A stretch of DNA of 59,945 nucleotides, the filler included. It is 4 parts of 4 records of this genome, joined end to end, with 100 filler letters (N's around TTAATTAATTAA, not from the genome) between each part and the next. Parts side by side here need not be neighbours in the genome. Positions count along the whole stretch, not along the records: positions 10,756 to 35,657 come from SRR31156797_1919; positions 35,758 to 44,531 come from SRR31156797_1920; 2 more parts are not named here. One strand, written 5' to 3'. The first letter of the stretch is position 1. Every line of letters begins with the position of its first letter. The notes below the pieces were generated by a model that saw only the letters and a list, made by a program, of their open reading frames with translations, searched no databases and had not been told where the DNA came from. The position numbers were made by a program, and so were the translations under genes. Shown here one piece after another: positions 30,638-41,006 of the stretch.

Positions 30638-32974
30638 TTACAATCCTTTTACGAATTTAGAAGCGCGCATATTGTCTCTGTCGCTAACGATAATAACATA
30701 GATACCATTGCTTAAGGATGAAATATCTAAGTTTATGATTGATTTTTCTGTGTTAAGCTGAATTTCTGCTATTCCGTTCATGTTGAACACTTCAACACTG
30801 CATCTTTTGTAATCGAAGGATTGTGGTATTTCAAGAGTAAGGGTCGATGTTGCCGGGATAGGGAAGAGCTTAAGTGTTTTGATTTCGTTTTCGTATGCGA
30901 TTGTTTTCATGTCTGCAGATTTTAAGTTAGATACAGGAATTATTTCCCATTGAGCATTGTTGCTGGTTGTATTTGCCCATTGGGCACAATTAGCTCCATT
31001 AGATGTTCTGCCCATACCATCTATAAATAAAGTAGAACCAACGTTTTGGATTCTAAAATACTTGCCATCGTAAGCTTGTATTTGCCAATGAGCATTTTCG
31101 TGGGTGGTATTTGCGTATTGACCTAACGTACTTCCATTTTCGCTTAGCCCCATGCCATCAATAAATAAAGTAGTACCTACATTTTTTAGTTGATAGTAAC
31201 TGCCCGATCGAATAATTTTCCATTGTGAATTAACATGCGTTGTATTCGCATACTGACCACATGAGTCTCCATTTGTAGTGCGCCCCATTCCATCCAAAAG
31301 TAAGCCAGTAGCTCTGTTCTTTATCTGAACGTAAGAATTATCTGCGTGTAGTTTAAAAGTAGCATCGGTTTCTTCTATGGAGTCTGTTACTTCATCAATA
31401 ATTAAATTATAGTTGTCATGTTTAATATATTTTCCTGAAAAGTTGTAGGACTCAAACGAAGTCAAATTATTATCAGCTAATCCGGGTGTTAAATAAAAAG
31501 TAGCGTCAGCCTTATCGGTATCAGTATCTATTTGATCTAATATTAGATTGTAATTATAGTGTCGTAAATAATAGCCAGGGTAGTTTACTGATTCAAAGGA
31601 AACACCTTCAGTATCGGCCAAACCACTAACCATATTCCATTGCTTATCGTTAACAGGCCAGGCTCCCACACTGATTTTAGCTATGTTATTCTGATGTCTG
31701 ATATAATATCCGGGAAAATTGTATGATTCCCAACTAAGGCCAGAACTTGATACTCCGGCTTGAAGATGTGTCAGGGTTCCGTAGCCTGGTTGGTCAAAAG
31801 TAGTGGCGTGTCCACCAGGTCCGCCTTCTGCTCTTACATGTTGAGCCATGGCTGAAATAAAGGGAATTTGATCTGCCTCCCCGGCAATATTAGCATAGTG
31901 GTTGTATATCATATCCCAAATTGGTCTAACTTCACCACGGCCACCTGAGCCAAGAACAGTTTGTTCGTTATAGGAACAATTAGTTCCGTTGTACCAAACA
32001 TAGGTTGTAAACGGAACATCATGACCTAGATTGTATTTAGCTACATATTCGGCTCCTTTTCTAAACCGGGAGTCATCATAAGAATACATGTCATCTCCTT
32101 GATTCCATGCAATCTCGCAGAAGCTGGCCATAAGACCAATGCCCAGAATACTGTGGCCTTGATCGCGTCCACTTTCTTGCCACTGGCCTAAAGTAGTGGA
32201 ATGGATAAAGGGTACAGCTCTTGAAATACAGCCATTTCCAGCACCGTTCTTAAAGTATTCAATACCCTTATTATAAATTTCGGTATCATCGCAGAAAACC
32301 CCAACAGCCAGCATTCCTGCCATATTGGCCAAATCCCAGTTAGCCCAATAGTTGGTTACACAGGCATCGTTATGATCGGCTCCATAGCTGTTTCCAATTA
32401 AAAATCGTTCAACCAGAGGATAGTAGTACACATTCAGTAAATAATCCTGAAAAGCAGGCACATCAAATCCACTATAATCTCGCATTATTTCTGCAATATT
32501 TGCAAACTGATACGAAAAGAGTCCCGAAGCCAGATATCTATCGGCGTTACCTGTTAAAGAGGTGTGAGTTGATGACCAATTGTTTAATATTTCTACAGCC
32601 TTGTCACCATATGCAGTATTACCTGTTATTTTCCATAAAATGGCATGGTGATAGGCAGCAGCTACATCACGGTATAGTAAAGAAACATTATCTCCGGTTC
32701 CTCCTCTAATTATTGTAGCTGTGGCACGAGGGCTCCAGTTTAAATTCGCAAATTCACTGTTGACAAGTTTGTCGTAGCTGGAGATCCAGGGTTCTTCTTT
32801 GGCATTTACTTTTTCTGCCATCCGGTTAAAGTCGTCCTGCGAATGCAAGATGCCAGGATGCGAAAAACTTTGTGCCATAAGATGGCTCATCAAAACCAGA
32901 GAAAATACTGTGAAGACAATTTTTTTGCCTGAAATCAAGGCTTTTTTTTGTAGTAGATTTTTCATTTTCATCAT
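30638..32974 (-). CDS. T9SS-secreted alginate-lyase-like (alpha/alpha toroid) protein with AbfB/CBM42-like and ricin/CBM13-like modules
   Basis: FSHPGILHS, NYWANWD and GQWQESGRDQGH catalytic-type motifs. (S/F)ESxN(F/Y)PGYY(I/L)RH...DATF repeats (AbfB). Three (L/I)DGMG..NG...Q(Y/W)AN...xxW repeats (ricin). LFPIPA...GIY sorting domain. Confidence 0.8.
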   Translation of the reverse strand: MMKMKNLLQKKALISGKKIVFTVFSLVLMSHLMAQSFSHPGILHSQDDFNRMAEKVNAKEEPWISSYDKLVNSEFANLNWSPRATATIIRGGTGDNVSLLYRDVAAAYHHAILWKITGNTAYGDKAVEILNNWSSTHTSLTGNADRYLASGLFSYQFANIAEIMRDYSGFDVPAFQDYLLNVYYYPLVERFLIGNSYGADHNDACVTNYWANWDLANMAGMLAVGVFCDDTEIYNKGIEYFKNGAGNGCISRAVPFIHSTTLGQWQESGRDQGHSILGIGLMASFCEIAWNQGDDMYSYDDSRFRKGAEYVAKYNLGHDVPFTTYVWYNGTNCSYNEQTVLGSGGRGEVRPIWDMIYNHYANIAGEADQIPFISAMAQHVRAEGGPGGHATTFDQPGYGTLTHLQAGVSSSGLSWESYNFPGYYIRHQNNIAKISVGAWPVNDKQWNMVSGLADTEGVSFESVNYPGYYLRHYNYNLILDQIDTDTDKADATFYLTPGLADNNLTSFESYNFSGKYIKHDNYNLIIDEVTDSIEETDATFKLHADNSYVQIKNRATGLLLDGMGRTTNGDSCGQYANTTHVNSQWKIIRSGSYYQLKNVGTTLFIDGMGLSENGSTLGQYANTTHENAHWQIQAYDGKYFRIQNVGSTLFIDGMGRTSNGANCAQWANTTSNNAQWEIIPVSNLKSADMKTIAYENEIKTLKLFPIPATSTLTLEIPQSFDYKRCSVEVFNMNGIAEIQLNTEKSIINLDISSLSNGIYVIIVSDRDNMRASKFVKGL

Positions 32975-33149
32975 TAGAATTTATTGTTAATAAAAGTGAT
33001 AAAAAACAAAGCTGAGGAAGGATTACGTTGGTAGAGTTTAGAGCGTACGAATCCTGATTCAGTAATTAGTACTGAACCTATTCCTTTGGTATTGGTGACT
33101 GGAAACGCTTGGTTGAAGTAAAAAGTAGAGGGAAGGTAAGCTGAGTAGG

Positions 33150-33184
33150 AATGACAACTCCTGCTAGCTGTAGGAGCTGTCATT
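33150..33184 (-). terminator. Hairpin downstream of the GH28-like gene
   Basis: AATGACAACTCCTGC-tagct-GTAGGAGCTGTCATT; no clear U tract. Confidence 0.5.
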
Positions 33185-33197
33185 AGGAATAGATCAT

Positions 33198-34583
33198 TTA
33201 TTTAAAGGAGACCGCATTTACATGCTTTCCTTGATGTCCAATATCAGATAGTTGTTTCTGTTTTTCTCCGTTGATTTGTATATTCTTAAAACTGACGTTT
33301 TGTACTTCTCTACCTTCATAACCTTCTATAATGGATCGATTGGCGTAGGTTCCATAAAAGAAAAGATTCTCGACAGAGACGTTTTCTATTCCTCGTCCCG
33401 GATATTTACAATATTTTTCGTTGTAATACACCCTGAAATTAAATAGCATCCCTTCCTGTATGGATTCAATTCGAATGTTTCGATAATTAATGTTTTTTAC
33501 CAGGTTATTATCACCCGCACTTATGGCCAGGCAGCCTTGGTAGTTACGGTCATCTTCGTCGTGCTCAAGTATATCAATATTTTCAAAAAGCACATTGTCG
33601 ATGGTATCTCCTCCTGCTTCTGCATCGCCGTGCAAACCTATATTGGTAGGGTGAGCAATGTCTGACCATAGGGTAGAATTCAATACTTTAATGTTTTTAG
33701 CGTTGCCATAAAAATCCCATCTGTGTCCGTAAATAGCGATGCAGTCATCAGAATTACGCATAAAAACGCCATCGATATTCACATCGGAGCAACTCATTAA
33801 ATCAATTCCATCACTCCAGCCTCTGCAACTAAATGACTTAATGTTTTTAATTTCAATATTTCGTGATTGCCCACCATAAATGGTGTAGTGTTTTGGGTTT
33901 ATAAAGATGGGGCCATCGACACTTACATTATCAGAAAATTTTATTTCAACACCTCTTTCAGGATGATATATTATTCCATGTCCAATAATATTCACATTGC
34001 TTGCATTTTCTACCACCAGCTTTCCTTTAAGAACTGCTGCTCCATCAATAAATACAGTTTTGTTGGATGGAATATTAAATGCATGGTTAGGTAATGAATC
34101 TGCAGAATGAACACCCGGGCCAAAATAAATCAGATCGGGATTGTTTTCGTCTATTTGAGCAAGGATAGGATTGGCAAATACATGAAGGTTATGCAATTTA
34201 TCGCCATTTACCTCAAGTGATAATTTTACAGGTTTATCCAATTCAAACAATATATTGTTTTGATCTATGCTGTAGTCAATTTCCAAAGCCTTTGGTCTGA
34301 TGTCTACTTTCTGAATAAAACCATTATTCTTTTTAACCAACACCTCAACTTTTCCAGTAAAGTCAAATGAAACCATGGAAGCAGTTTGTACATTATCCAT
34401 ATCCACCTGGACTTTGTATTCATAAAGATCCTTCCATTCACCACCTTTTTGTCTGACTAAAACAGTAAAATCATCGTTATGTGCGGAATAAAGCAATTGT
34501 TTAGGAACCGGGTATGTAATAAGTTCCTGAGAAAATAAAGTAGTAGAACAAAACAGTAGTAGAACAATTAAATGTTTGAGCAT
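33198..34583 (-). CDS. Pectin-lyase-fold glycoside hydrolase (GH28-like)
   Basis: Signal peptide; IYFGPGVH, WSDGIDL and FMRNSDDCIA beta-helix catalytic motifs. Confidence 0.75.
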   Translation of the reverse strand: MLKHLIVLLLFCSTTLFSQELITYPVPKQLLYSAHNDDFTVLVRQKGGEWKDLYEYKVQVDMDNVQTASMVSFDFTGKVEVLVKKNNGFIQKVDIRPKALEIDYSIDQNNILFELDKPVKLSLEVNGDKLHNLHVFANPILAQIDENNPDLIYFGPGVHSADSLPNHAFNIPSNKTVFIDGAAVLKGKLVVENASNVNIIGHGIIYHPERGVEIKFSDNVSVDGPIFINPKHYTIYGGQSRNIEIKNIKSFSCRGWSDGIDLMSCSDVNIDGVFMRNSDDCIAIYGHRWDFYGNAKNIKVLNSTLWSDIAHPTNIGLHGDAEAGGDTIDNVLFENIDILEHDEDDRNYQGCLAISAGDNNLVKNINYRNIRIESIQEGMLFNFRVYYNEKYCKYPGRGIENVSVENLFFYGTYANRSIIEGYEGREVQNVSFKNIQINGEKQKQLSDIGHQGKHVNAVSFK

Positions 34584-34718
34584 TTTATTAAAAGTTTATA
34601 TCAATTTGGATTAGCAATATTATTAAGATTAATGTTGGAACTCTCATTTTAAGTCAAGGAAATCATCCCATTTTAAAAATTGATACTCCTATTTTTGGGC
34701 GATTTATATGAAATTAGT

Positions 34719-35525
34719 TTAGGCGGCTTTTTTATTTCTAACAGATGATGGTTGGATACCAAACGCTTTTTTAAAGCAGCGAGAGAAATAGGAAGCCGAT
34801 GAAAATCCGGATCTCATCATAACGAAGTAGATTGGGTGTTGTGTATTGATGATTAATTTATGTGCATACTTTAATCGTTCATTAATGATAAACTGCTTTG
34901 CGGATTTTCCGGTTTTGCTTTTCATCTTACGATAAAAGGAATTGTGACTCATCTTCATAGAGTCAGCTAATTCACAAACTGAATATTCCGGATTGCTTAT
35001 GTTGAGATTAATAAAGTGTTTCGCTTTTTCGATAAACTGCTTCTCCTCATCTTCAAACCTTTCATGCATAAATGTTGAAGCTCGGTCTTCCTTTTTATAT
35101 CGTGAAATATTGAATTTAAAGTAGCGAAGTAGGCTTAGTATCTTATAACTCACGATATGAATAGGTTCTGAACCCATTAATACTTCAATCCCTCCTTCGT
35201 TAAGCCATTTGTTAAAGTCATTCTTGTTTAGGGCGTTGCCTTTTAATATAAAAAACACATTTCTGTTTAGTTTTGAACTACGAATTTGTTGGCAGTAATG
35301 CAAGGCTTCTTCATGTTCAACCATATCTAAATGAATAATGATATCATATTGATTAGTGTAGGATAGATGACATGCACTTATCCAACTAAATGTGTTATCA
35401 ACTGCAACAGATTTATTTATGTTGTAATAAAGTTGCCTGGCAGAAACACTGTTTTTATTGGCAATAATCAGAACTCGGGCATTAAAATCGATACTTTGAT
35501 ACATGACATTCAATTTAAATCTCAC
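34719..35525 (-). CDS. AraC family regulator with degenerate receiver-like N-terminus
   Basis: SVCELADSMKMSHNSFYRKMK..TGKS..QFI..RL and GFSSASYFSRCFKKAFG..PS. Confidence 0.85.
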   Translation of the reverse strand: MRFKLNVMYQSIDFNARVLIIANKNSVSARQLYYNINKSVAVDNTFSWISACHLSYTNQYDIIIHLDMVEHEEALHYCQQIRSSKLNRNVFFILKGNALNKNDFNKWLNEGGIEVLMGSEPIHIVSYKILSLLRYFKFNISRYKKEDRASTFMHERFEDEEKQFIEKAKHFINLNISNPEYSVCELADSMKMSHNSFYRKMKSKTGKSAKQFIINERLKYAHKLIINTQHPIYFVMMRSGFSSASYFSRCFKKAFGIQPSSVRNKKAA

Positions 35526-35657
35526 AAAAATTCAGATTTGAAAGAGTTCAAATATCATTTGTTTGATTTTAAAAATGAAGGTTTTATAGTTGAATTGAGT
35601 CTGATTTTAAAGAATGAAACCAGATTAAACCCGGATTATGTATTAAAGATTCGTTAT

Positions 35658-35757
35658 NNNNNNNNNNNNNNNNNNNNNNNNNNNNNNNNNNNNNNNNNNN
35701 NTTAATTAATTAANNNNNNNNNNNNNNNNNNNNNNNNNNNNNNNNNNNNNNNNNNNN
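35658..35757. other. Artificial contig spacer
   Basis: N run with TTAATTAATTAA. Confidence 0.98.
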
Positions 35758-37647
35758 CTTGGATTTTCCGCAAATCAGGGCCAGGGTGTCCAGGTCGAAC
35801 CGGTTGCCGATGCAGGCTCCGGCCTGGAGCAGGGTCAGGGTTTCCCGGGGCAGGGTATTGAGCCGGGTCACCAGAAGGTCCACCACATTCCGGCTGTAAT
35901 CCCTCGCCCGGACGGCATCCATATCCCAGGTCCAGCGGTTGTCCGCCTCTGAATAGGCCAGGAGCCGGTCCCGGTAAATGGAGGACAGAAGGGTCCGGGC
36001 ATAGAACGGGTTGCCCAGGGTCTTTCCATAAATCAGGTCCGCCAGGGGACGGACCGGCAACCTTTCCGTGTTCAGGGTATCGGCCACCAGGGCCTGGATG
36101 TCATCCGTCCCGAGGTTTGAAAGGCCGATCCGGTGAACCGCCCGGCCTTCCCCTTCCAGGGCCTCAACCATCCGAACCATGGGATGGGTCCGGGAGACCT
36201 CATTGTCCCGGTAGGCCCCGATCAGGAAGAGCCGGATATCCCCATGGCCCTGGAACACGCGCCGGATCAGGTCCAGGGAGGCCAGGTCCGCCCATTGGAG
36301 GTCGTCCAGGAAGAGCACCAGGGGCCTTTCGGGCCGGGCAATGGCGGCCACAAACCCCTGGAACACCATATGGAGGCGGTTTTCACTCTCTTTGGGGCCA
36401 AGAGCGGGCACGGCGGGCTGGGGGCCGATGATCAGGGCCAGGTCCGGCACCAGGTCGGTGAGCACCCGCCCGTTTTTTCCCACGGCCTTTAAAATATTTT
36501 CTCGCACCCTGTTGAACCGCTGTTCCGGGGCCATCAGGATCTGGCGCACAAAGGCTTCCATGGCCCGGACCAGGGCGGAATAGGGGATGTTTTTTCGGTA
36601 CTGGTCAAATTTACCCGTGATAAAGCAGGCGTCCGTCGCCGAAACGGACTGATGGATTTCATATACCAGGGCGGACTTGCCCACACCGGCGTACCCGGAG
36701 ACCAGCATCATCTCAAGCCCGGTCCGGGCCACCCGTTCAAAGGCGTCCAGGAGTTTTTGCCGCTCCTTTTTCCTGCCGTACAGGGTTTCCGGTATGGAAA
36801 ACCGGTCGTACCGGTCCGCCTGGCCGGGGATAAACCCCTCCTCGGCGGGCCCACGGCAGGCCTCCAGGTCATGGATGATCCCCCGGGCGGACTGGTAGCG
36901 GTCTTCGGCGTTTTTGGCCAAAAGTTTCATGATCACGGCATCCAGGTCCGGCCCCACCGAGGGGGCCACCGAGGAGGGCAGGGCGGGCAGGGAGGCGATA
37001 TGGGCATAGACCAGGGCCGTGGGGTCCCCGGTTTCAAAGGGCAGCCGCCCCGTCACCATCTCGTACAGCAGCACCCCGAAGGAATAATAGTCCGTCCGGT
37101 AATCCACCGCCCGGTTCATCCGGCCGGTCTGCTCCGGGGAAATGTATTTGAGGGTGCCCTCAAGCACCTCCGGGGAATCAAGGTGCTGCTCTTTTATCCG
37201 GGTGCGGGCGGACAGGCCGTAATCAATGATCCGTATCCGGCCGTCTTCGTCAGACACCATTATATTGCCGGGATTGATGTCTTTGTGAATCACCTGCCGG
37301 TCATGGAGATCGCCCAGGGCGGCAATGATTTGAATGGCTAGGTCAAGCCTCCGGTCCGGGCCGGGAGCCTCATCGGCCAGCCAGGCCCTGAGGGGCCGTC
37401 CCGGGATATATTCCATCTCCAGGCCCGGGCGTCCGTCCACCAGGGTTTCTTTAAAGACTTTCCGGCAGCCGGGCAGGTCCAGGGTGCTGCCGATCTGCCA
37501 TTCGTTCTTCAGCTGCGCCAGGTCCCCGGGCCTGGGCAGATCCGACTTCAAAACCTTGAGGGCCACGGTCGGACCTGCGCCATCGTCCTTCTTTTGAAAT
37601 ATGGTGCAGGTGTGCCCCACATGGATGTACTCTAATTTACCGCTCAT
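35758..37647 (-). CDS. Ser/Thr kinase + AAA ATPase multidomain sensor (3' truncated)
   Basis: VALKVL, HKDINPGN, DYG, GTLKYISPEQTGRMNR; Walker A GYAGVGKS, Walker B LFLDDLQWAD. ATG at 37647 follows GGAAAAGGA. Confidence 0.9.
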
Positions 37648-37914
37648 TTTCCTTTTCCGGTGATGCGATATCAAGACAGGCTATGTTACATAGCAGCGGG
37701 GGGCGTCATGACAGCCGGACGCCCTTCCGCTTTCCACTTTATATTAAGCGCAATACTACCAGAAATCGGTTCCCCTGGCAATCGTCCCGCCTTTCCGATT
37801 TAGATTGACTGCCGTTCCCCATTCCTCTATTGCTGAAACGATGCTGTTTCTCGAATTGAGAAATGCGTTCCGGCGGGTATCGTTGTTGCAGCGGGAATAA
37901 GGGCTGTCTGATAT

Positions 37915-38481
37915 TCAGTATGTTATCTGTCGGGCAAATTCGATGGCCCGGTTCCTGATGGAGGCGTCCATGTCGCCGGGAGTCGTACAATTGCCTATGA
38001 ATAATTCTCCGGCTTTGACAGCCTTGTGGGGACCCTGGATGCGTCCGAAGGCGGTAAAGGCGGCCTCCGCATTATCATTCCAAGGTAAGCCGCCGGTAAC
38101 CAGGAGAGCCTGGCGCTGGCCTTCCACCAGGGAAGCATGGTCCGGCTGAAAGTAATTGGCATATAGGCTGTATGTCCTGTCAATCACGGCTTTCAGCTGG
38201 GACGTTACTCCCCAGAAATAAAGGGGGGAAGCAAATATCACCAATTGAGAATCAACCATTTTTTCTAAAATTCCCGTGATATCATCCGTTTGCACACATC
38301 CGACGGCATCGGGAGTTTTCTGGCATTTGCCGCATCCCATACATCCCTTGAGATTCTTCGAGCCCAGGTATATGGATTTTACCTCATGGCCCATGGAGAG
38401 AAGTTCCTCTTCCACCCAGCCAAGTACCTTTGATGTATTGCCTTTTTTTCTACCACTGCCCTGTAAACTGAGAACTTTCAT
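37915..38481 (-). CDS. Flavodoxin-like NAD(P)H-dependent FMN reductase / iron-sulfur flavoprotein family
   Basis: GSGRKKGNT, CMGCGKC...C, ASPLYFWG...KAVIDR. ATG at 38481 has a GGAGG RBS; the ORF-track start at 38661 is probably too long. Confidence 0.88.
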   Translation of the reverse strand: MKVLSLQGSGRKKGNTSKVLGWVEEELLSMGHEVKSIYLGSKNLKGCMGCGKCQKTPDAVGCVQTDDITGILEKMVDSQLVIFASPLYFWGVTSQLKAVIDRTYSLYANYFQPDHASLVEGQRQALLVTGGLPWNDNAEAAFTAFGRIQGPHKAVKAGELFIGNCTTPGDMDASIRNRAIEFARQITY

Positions 38482-38550
38482 TTTTCCTCCAGATGTGATT
38501 AAAACCGTTACAAATCCACTGTTATCAAGGTTTTTCATGCCATGGTTCTT

Positions 38551-38567
38551 CGCAAAAGGTATGCCAA
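38551..38567 (-). promoter_or_regulatory. Sigma54 (-24/-12) promoter
   Basis: Minus strand TTGGCATACCTTTTGCG = GG-N10-GC, about 70 bp upstream of the flavodoxin ATG. Confidence 0.7.
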
Positions 38568-38956
38568 TGGGGAGAAAGGGGTGGTTGTAAGGTTTTCCTG
38601 TAATTATGTCTCCCCTTAATGTCATATATGATACGTTCAAAATGTCATATACGATATTCAATTGATAAAAGTATTAAATACGATATATTGAGCCAGCCTG
38701 CTTTTCACCTGATGGGAGTTCAGGGCTTGTCAAGCCTGCCGGGTTGGTGCTACAACCGCAAAATTGGTTCCGTAAGATCCGAAGTTACGGGGAATTGATC
38801 CGGCAAACCAAGCCCTTGTCCCTGGAACCCCTGGATCAATCCCTGGTCCGGTTTTTCTCAGGTCTCAAAACGGCATCATGGCAGGAAAACCCCGTCAAAA
38901 AAAGGGCTTTGGAACAGCTGGCGGAAAAAATAAGTAAAAAACAATAGGCGGGGGAT

Positions 38957-38988
38957 AAAAAAATGCCCCCGGCACGGAACCGGGGGCA
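38957..38988 (-). terminator. Terminator after ftcd
   Basis: Minus strand TGCCCCCGG-ttccgtg-CCGGGGGCA-TTTTTTT. Confidence 0.85.
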
Positions 38989-38996
38989 GGGGAGTC

Positions 38997-40619
38997 TTAA
39001 TCGTTGGCAGCCAGGATGGCCAGGACCTCGGCGCACTTCTCCTCGGCCCGTTTCATGATCTTGTCAGCCGTCTCAAGGGTGGCCGCCTTAAACGCCTCAT
39101 CCTTAATGCTCGGCAGGTTGATCTGAACATTCTTGTAGGCTCCCCAGATGCCGGTGGCAAGGGAGCGGGCCCCCACTTCCACATCGGATCGTGAGGCGGG
39201 ATTGCCGTACCGGGCCACCTCGCACATGGCGTCCCAGGCCTGGTCCCCGGTCTTCATGGTGGTCAGGGGCACCTCAACAGCGGTTTTCAATCCCTGCTGC
39301 ATCTTTGCCAGGCGGGCCGCTTTTTCCTTCTCGGTATCCCTGGGCATCCGCAGGCCTTCCATGTAGTCGTTGAAGGCCGTCGTGTCCGCATCGATCAGGG
39401 GAATCAGGTCCATGGAGGTCTGGTAAAGGCTCGGGATGATTGCCCGCATCTCCTTGTCAACCCCCTCAAACTTCCGTACCCCATAAGTGAGCTGTGCCAC
39501 CATGGAGCCCAGACCCGCGCCCATGGCCGCAACCGCCGCAGATACGGAACCGCCGCCGGGAGCCGAGGACCGGGAGGCCACCTCCTCGATGAATCCCCGC
39601 AAGGGCATGGAGGCAAGGGGCTCGTCCGGCGCTTCCGCAACCCGGTACTCGATGATCTTCTCCTGGGGATCAAACCGGGATACCGAGTTCAGTCCCAAAC
39701 GCTCGATCACCAGGCGGATCTTCTGATCCTCCGCCAGGATGAACAGGTTTTCCTTCTCGATATAGTAGTCCGCCGCCTGGAGCATGGCCTCCAGGGGAAT
39801 GAGCCCGACGATCTCGGAGCCCGCAACCCCCACGTTCAGGGCCTCGGCCTCTTCCTTGACCATTTCAAAAAGATGGTGCATCGAGGTTACTTTGTAGTTG
39901 GTGAGGTTGACCGTCACCTGGGCCATGTTGTACTCGTCCACAAACCAGCCCATGCCCTTGACCTCTTTCAGCTTGCCCGGCTCATCATCACCCCGGCCCG
40001 CTTCCCTGAGGTTGAGGGCGATCCGGTGGGCCTGGTTGCTGGTACCCAGGATGTTCACATTGTAGGCAATGAGAAAGAACCGGGCCCCGGTGGCCGTGGC
40101 GCCCCAGCTCGGAACAAACCCGGCAGGACCGTAATCCGGCGTCCACTCAGGCTGCTCGAGTCTCTCGGCAAGGCCCTCATACTCACCCTCACGGACCTGG
40201 GGCAGGGTCTTCCGGTACTCCTTGTCGGCCGCCTCTTCATAAAGGAAAAAGGGAACCTCAAGCTCCTCGCCTGCCCGTTCCGCAAACTTCTTGGATATTT
40301 CGACACACTCTTCCATGGTCACGTTGGCCACGGGAATAAAGGGACACACATCCATGGCCCCCATGCGGGGGTGCTCACCCTTATGGTTGGTCATGTCGAT
40401 CAGCTCTTTTGCGACCCTGGCGGAGTTCAACGCTCCCTCCACCACCGCCTCGGGGGACCCCACAAAGGTGTAAACCGTCCGGTTGGTGGAGTATCCCGGG
40501 TCCACATCCAAAAGGGTGCAGCCTTCGGTCTTTTCAATGGCCTTGGCAATGGCGTCGATTACGGTTTTATCCCGTCCTTCTGAAAAATTGGGCACGCATT
40601 CTACAATTTTTTTCATCAT
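38997..40619 (-). CDS. ftcd: Bifunctional glutamate formimidoyltransferase / formimidoyltetrahydrofolate cyclodeaminase
   Basis: ECVPNFSEGRD, HPRMGAMDVCPF, GARFFLIAYNVN; C-terminal SSAPGGGSVSA cyclodeaminase domain. Confidence 0.93.
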   Translation of the reverse strand: MMKKIVECVPNFSEGRDKTVIDAIAKAIEKTEGCTLLDVDPGYSTNRTVYTFVGSPEAVVEGALNSARVAKELIDMTNHKGEHPRMGAMDVCPFIPVANVTMEECVEISKKFAERAGEELEVPFFLYEEAADKEYRKTLPQVREGEYEGLAERLEQPEWTPDYGPAGFVPSWGATATGARFFLIAYNVNILGTSNQAHRIALNLREAGRGDDEPGKLKEVKGMGWFVDEYNMAQVTVNLTNYKVTSMHHLFEMVKEEAEALNVGVAGSEIVGLIPLEAMLQAADYYIEKENLFILAEDQKIRLVIERLGLNSVSRFDPQEKIIEYRVAEAPDEPLASMPLRGFIEEVASRSSAPGGGSVSAAVAAMGAGLGSMVAQLTYGVRKFEGVDKEMRAIIPSLYQTSMDLIPLIDADTTAFNDYMEGLRMPRDTEKEKAARLAKMQQGLKTAVEVPLTTMKTGDQAWDAMCEVARYGNPASRSDVEVGARSLATGIWGAYKNVQINLPSIKDEAFKAATLETADKIMKRAEEKCAEVLAILAAND

Positions 40620-41006
40620 ACATCCTGTGTCTTCATAAGGTTCAACTAATTGTTTTCCTTTGCGGATTTTTTATCAAATTCAGGGAAATAATATGCCGTA
40701 AAACAGGGCTAAAGTCAAATCTTATTGGCCTGATCATGCCTACGATTAAGGCTTGCAGCGCGTTTTTGTGGTTTTGATCTGCTGAATAAAATTCATTTCT
40801 TGTATTTTAAATTTTGCTCTGATACCACAAGTGGGGTTGTTGTCAATTTTTAGTGTGGGGATCATGATATACGGAAACTTGATAACATTAATATTGTGTG
40901 GGTTATCCTGTTAGGATGTTACATTATGAATAATAAAAAATATGTCATACAGGTCTTAAAGTGAAAATTACGCAGAACTGTTCAACATCTTGTTTACAGG
41001 TGTAAT

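Noticed and set aside
35367-35705. ORF running into the N spacer
   Set aside because: It overlaps the AraC gene on the opposite strand and is closed only by the artificial linker.
37690-37910. Possible riboswitch (e.g. cobalamin) between the flavodoxin and kinase genes
   Set aside because: A hairpin (AGCGGGGGGCGTC/GACGCCCTTCCGCT) is present, but no B12-box or other riboswitch consensus could be matched.
38744-38947. 67-aa plus-strand ORF convergent on ftcd
   Set aside because: No RBS or recognisable family; possibly a 3' gene remnant, but the evidence is too weak to call.
36117-40777. Many long plus-strand and alternative-frame ORFs in the GC-rich contig
   Set aside because: They are shadow ORFs of the kinase, flavodoxin and ftcd genes, as expected at high GC.
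40409-41006. Integron integrase or attI upstream of the cassettes
   Set aside because: No tyrosine-recombinase motifs in the listed ORFs and too little space. GTTAGGA at 40910 is only a possible core site.
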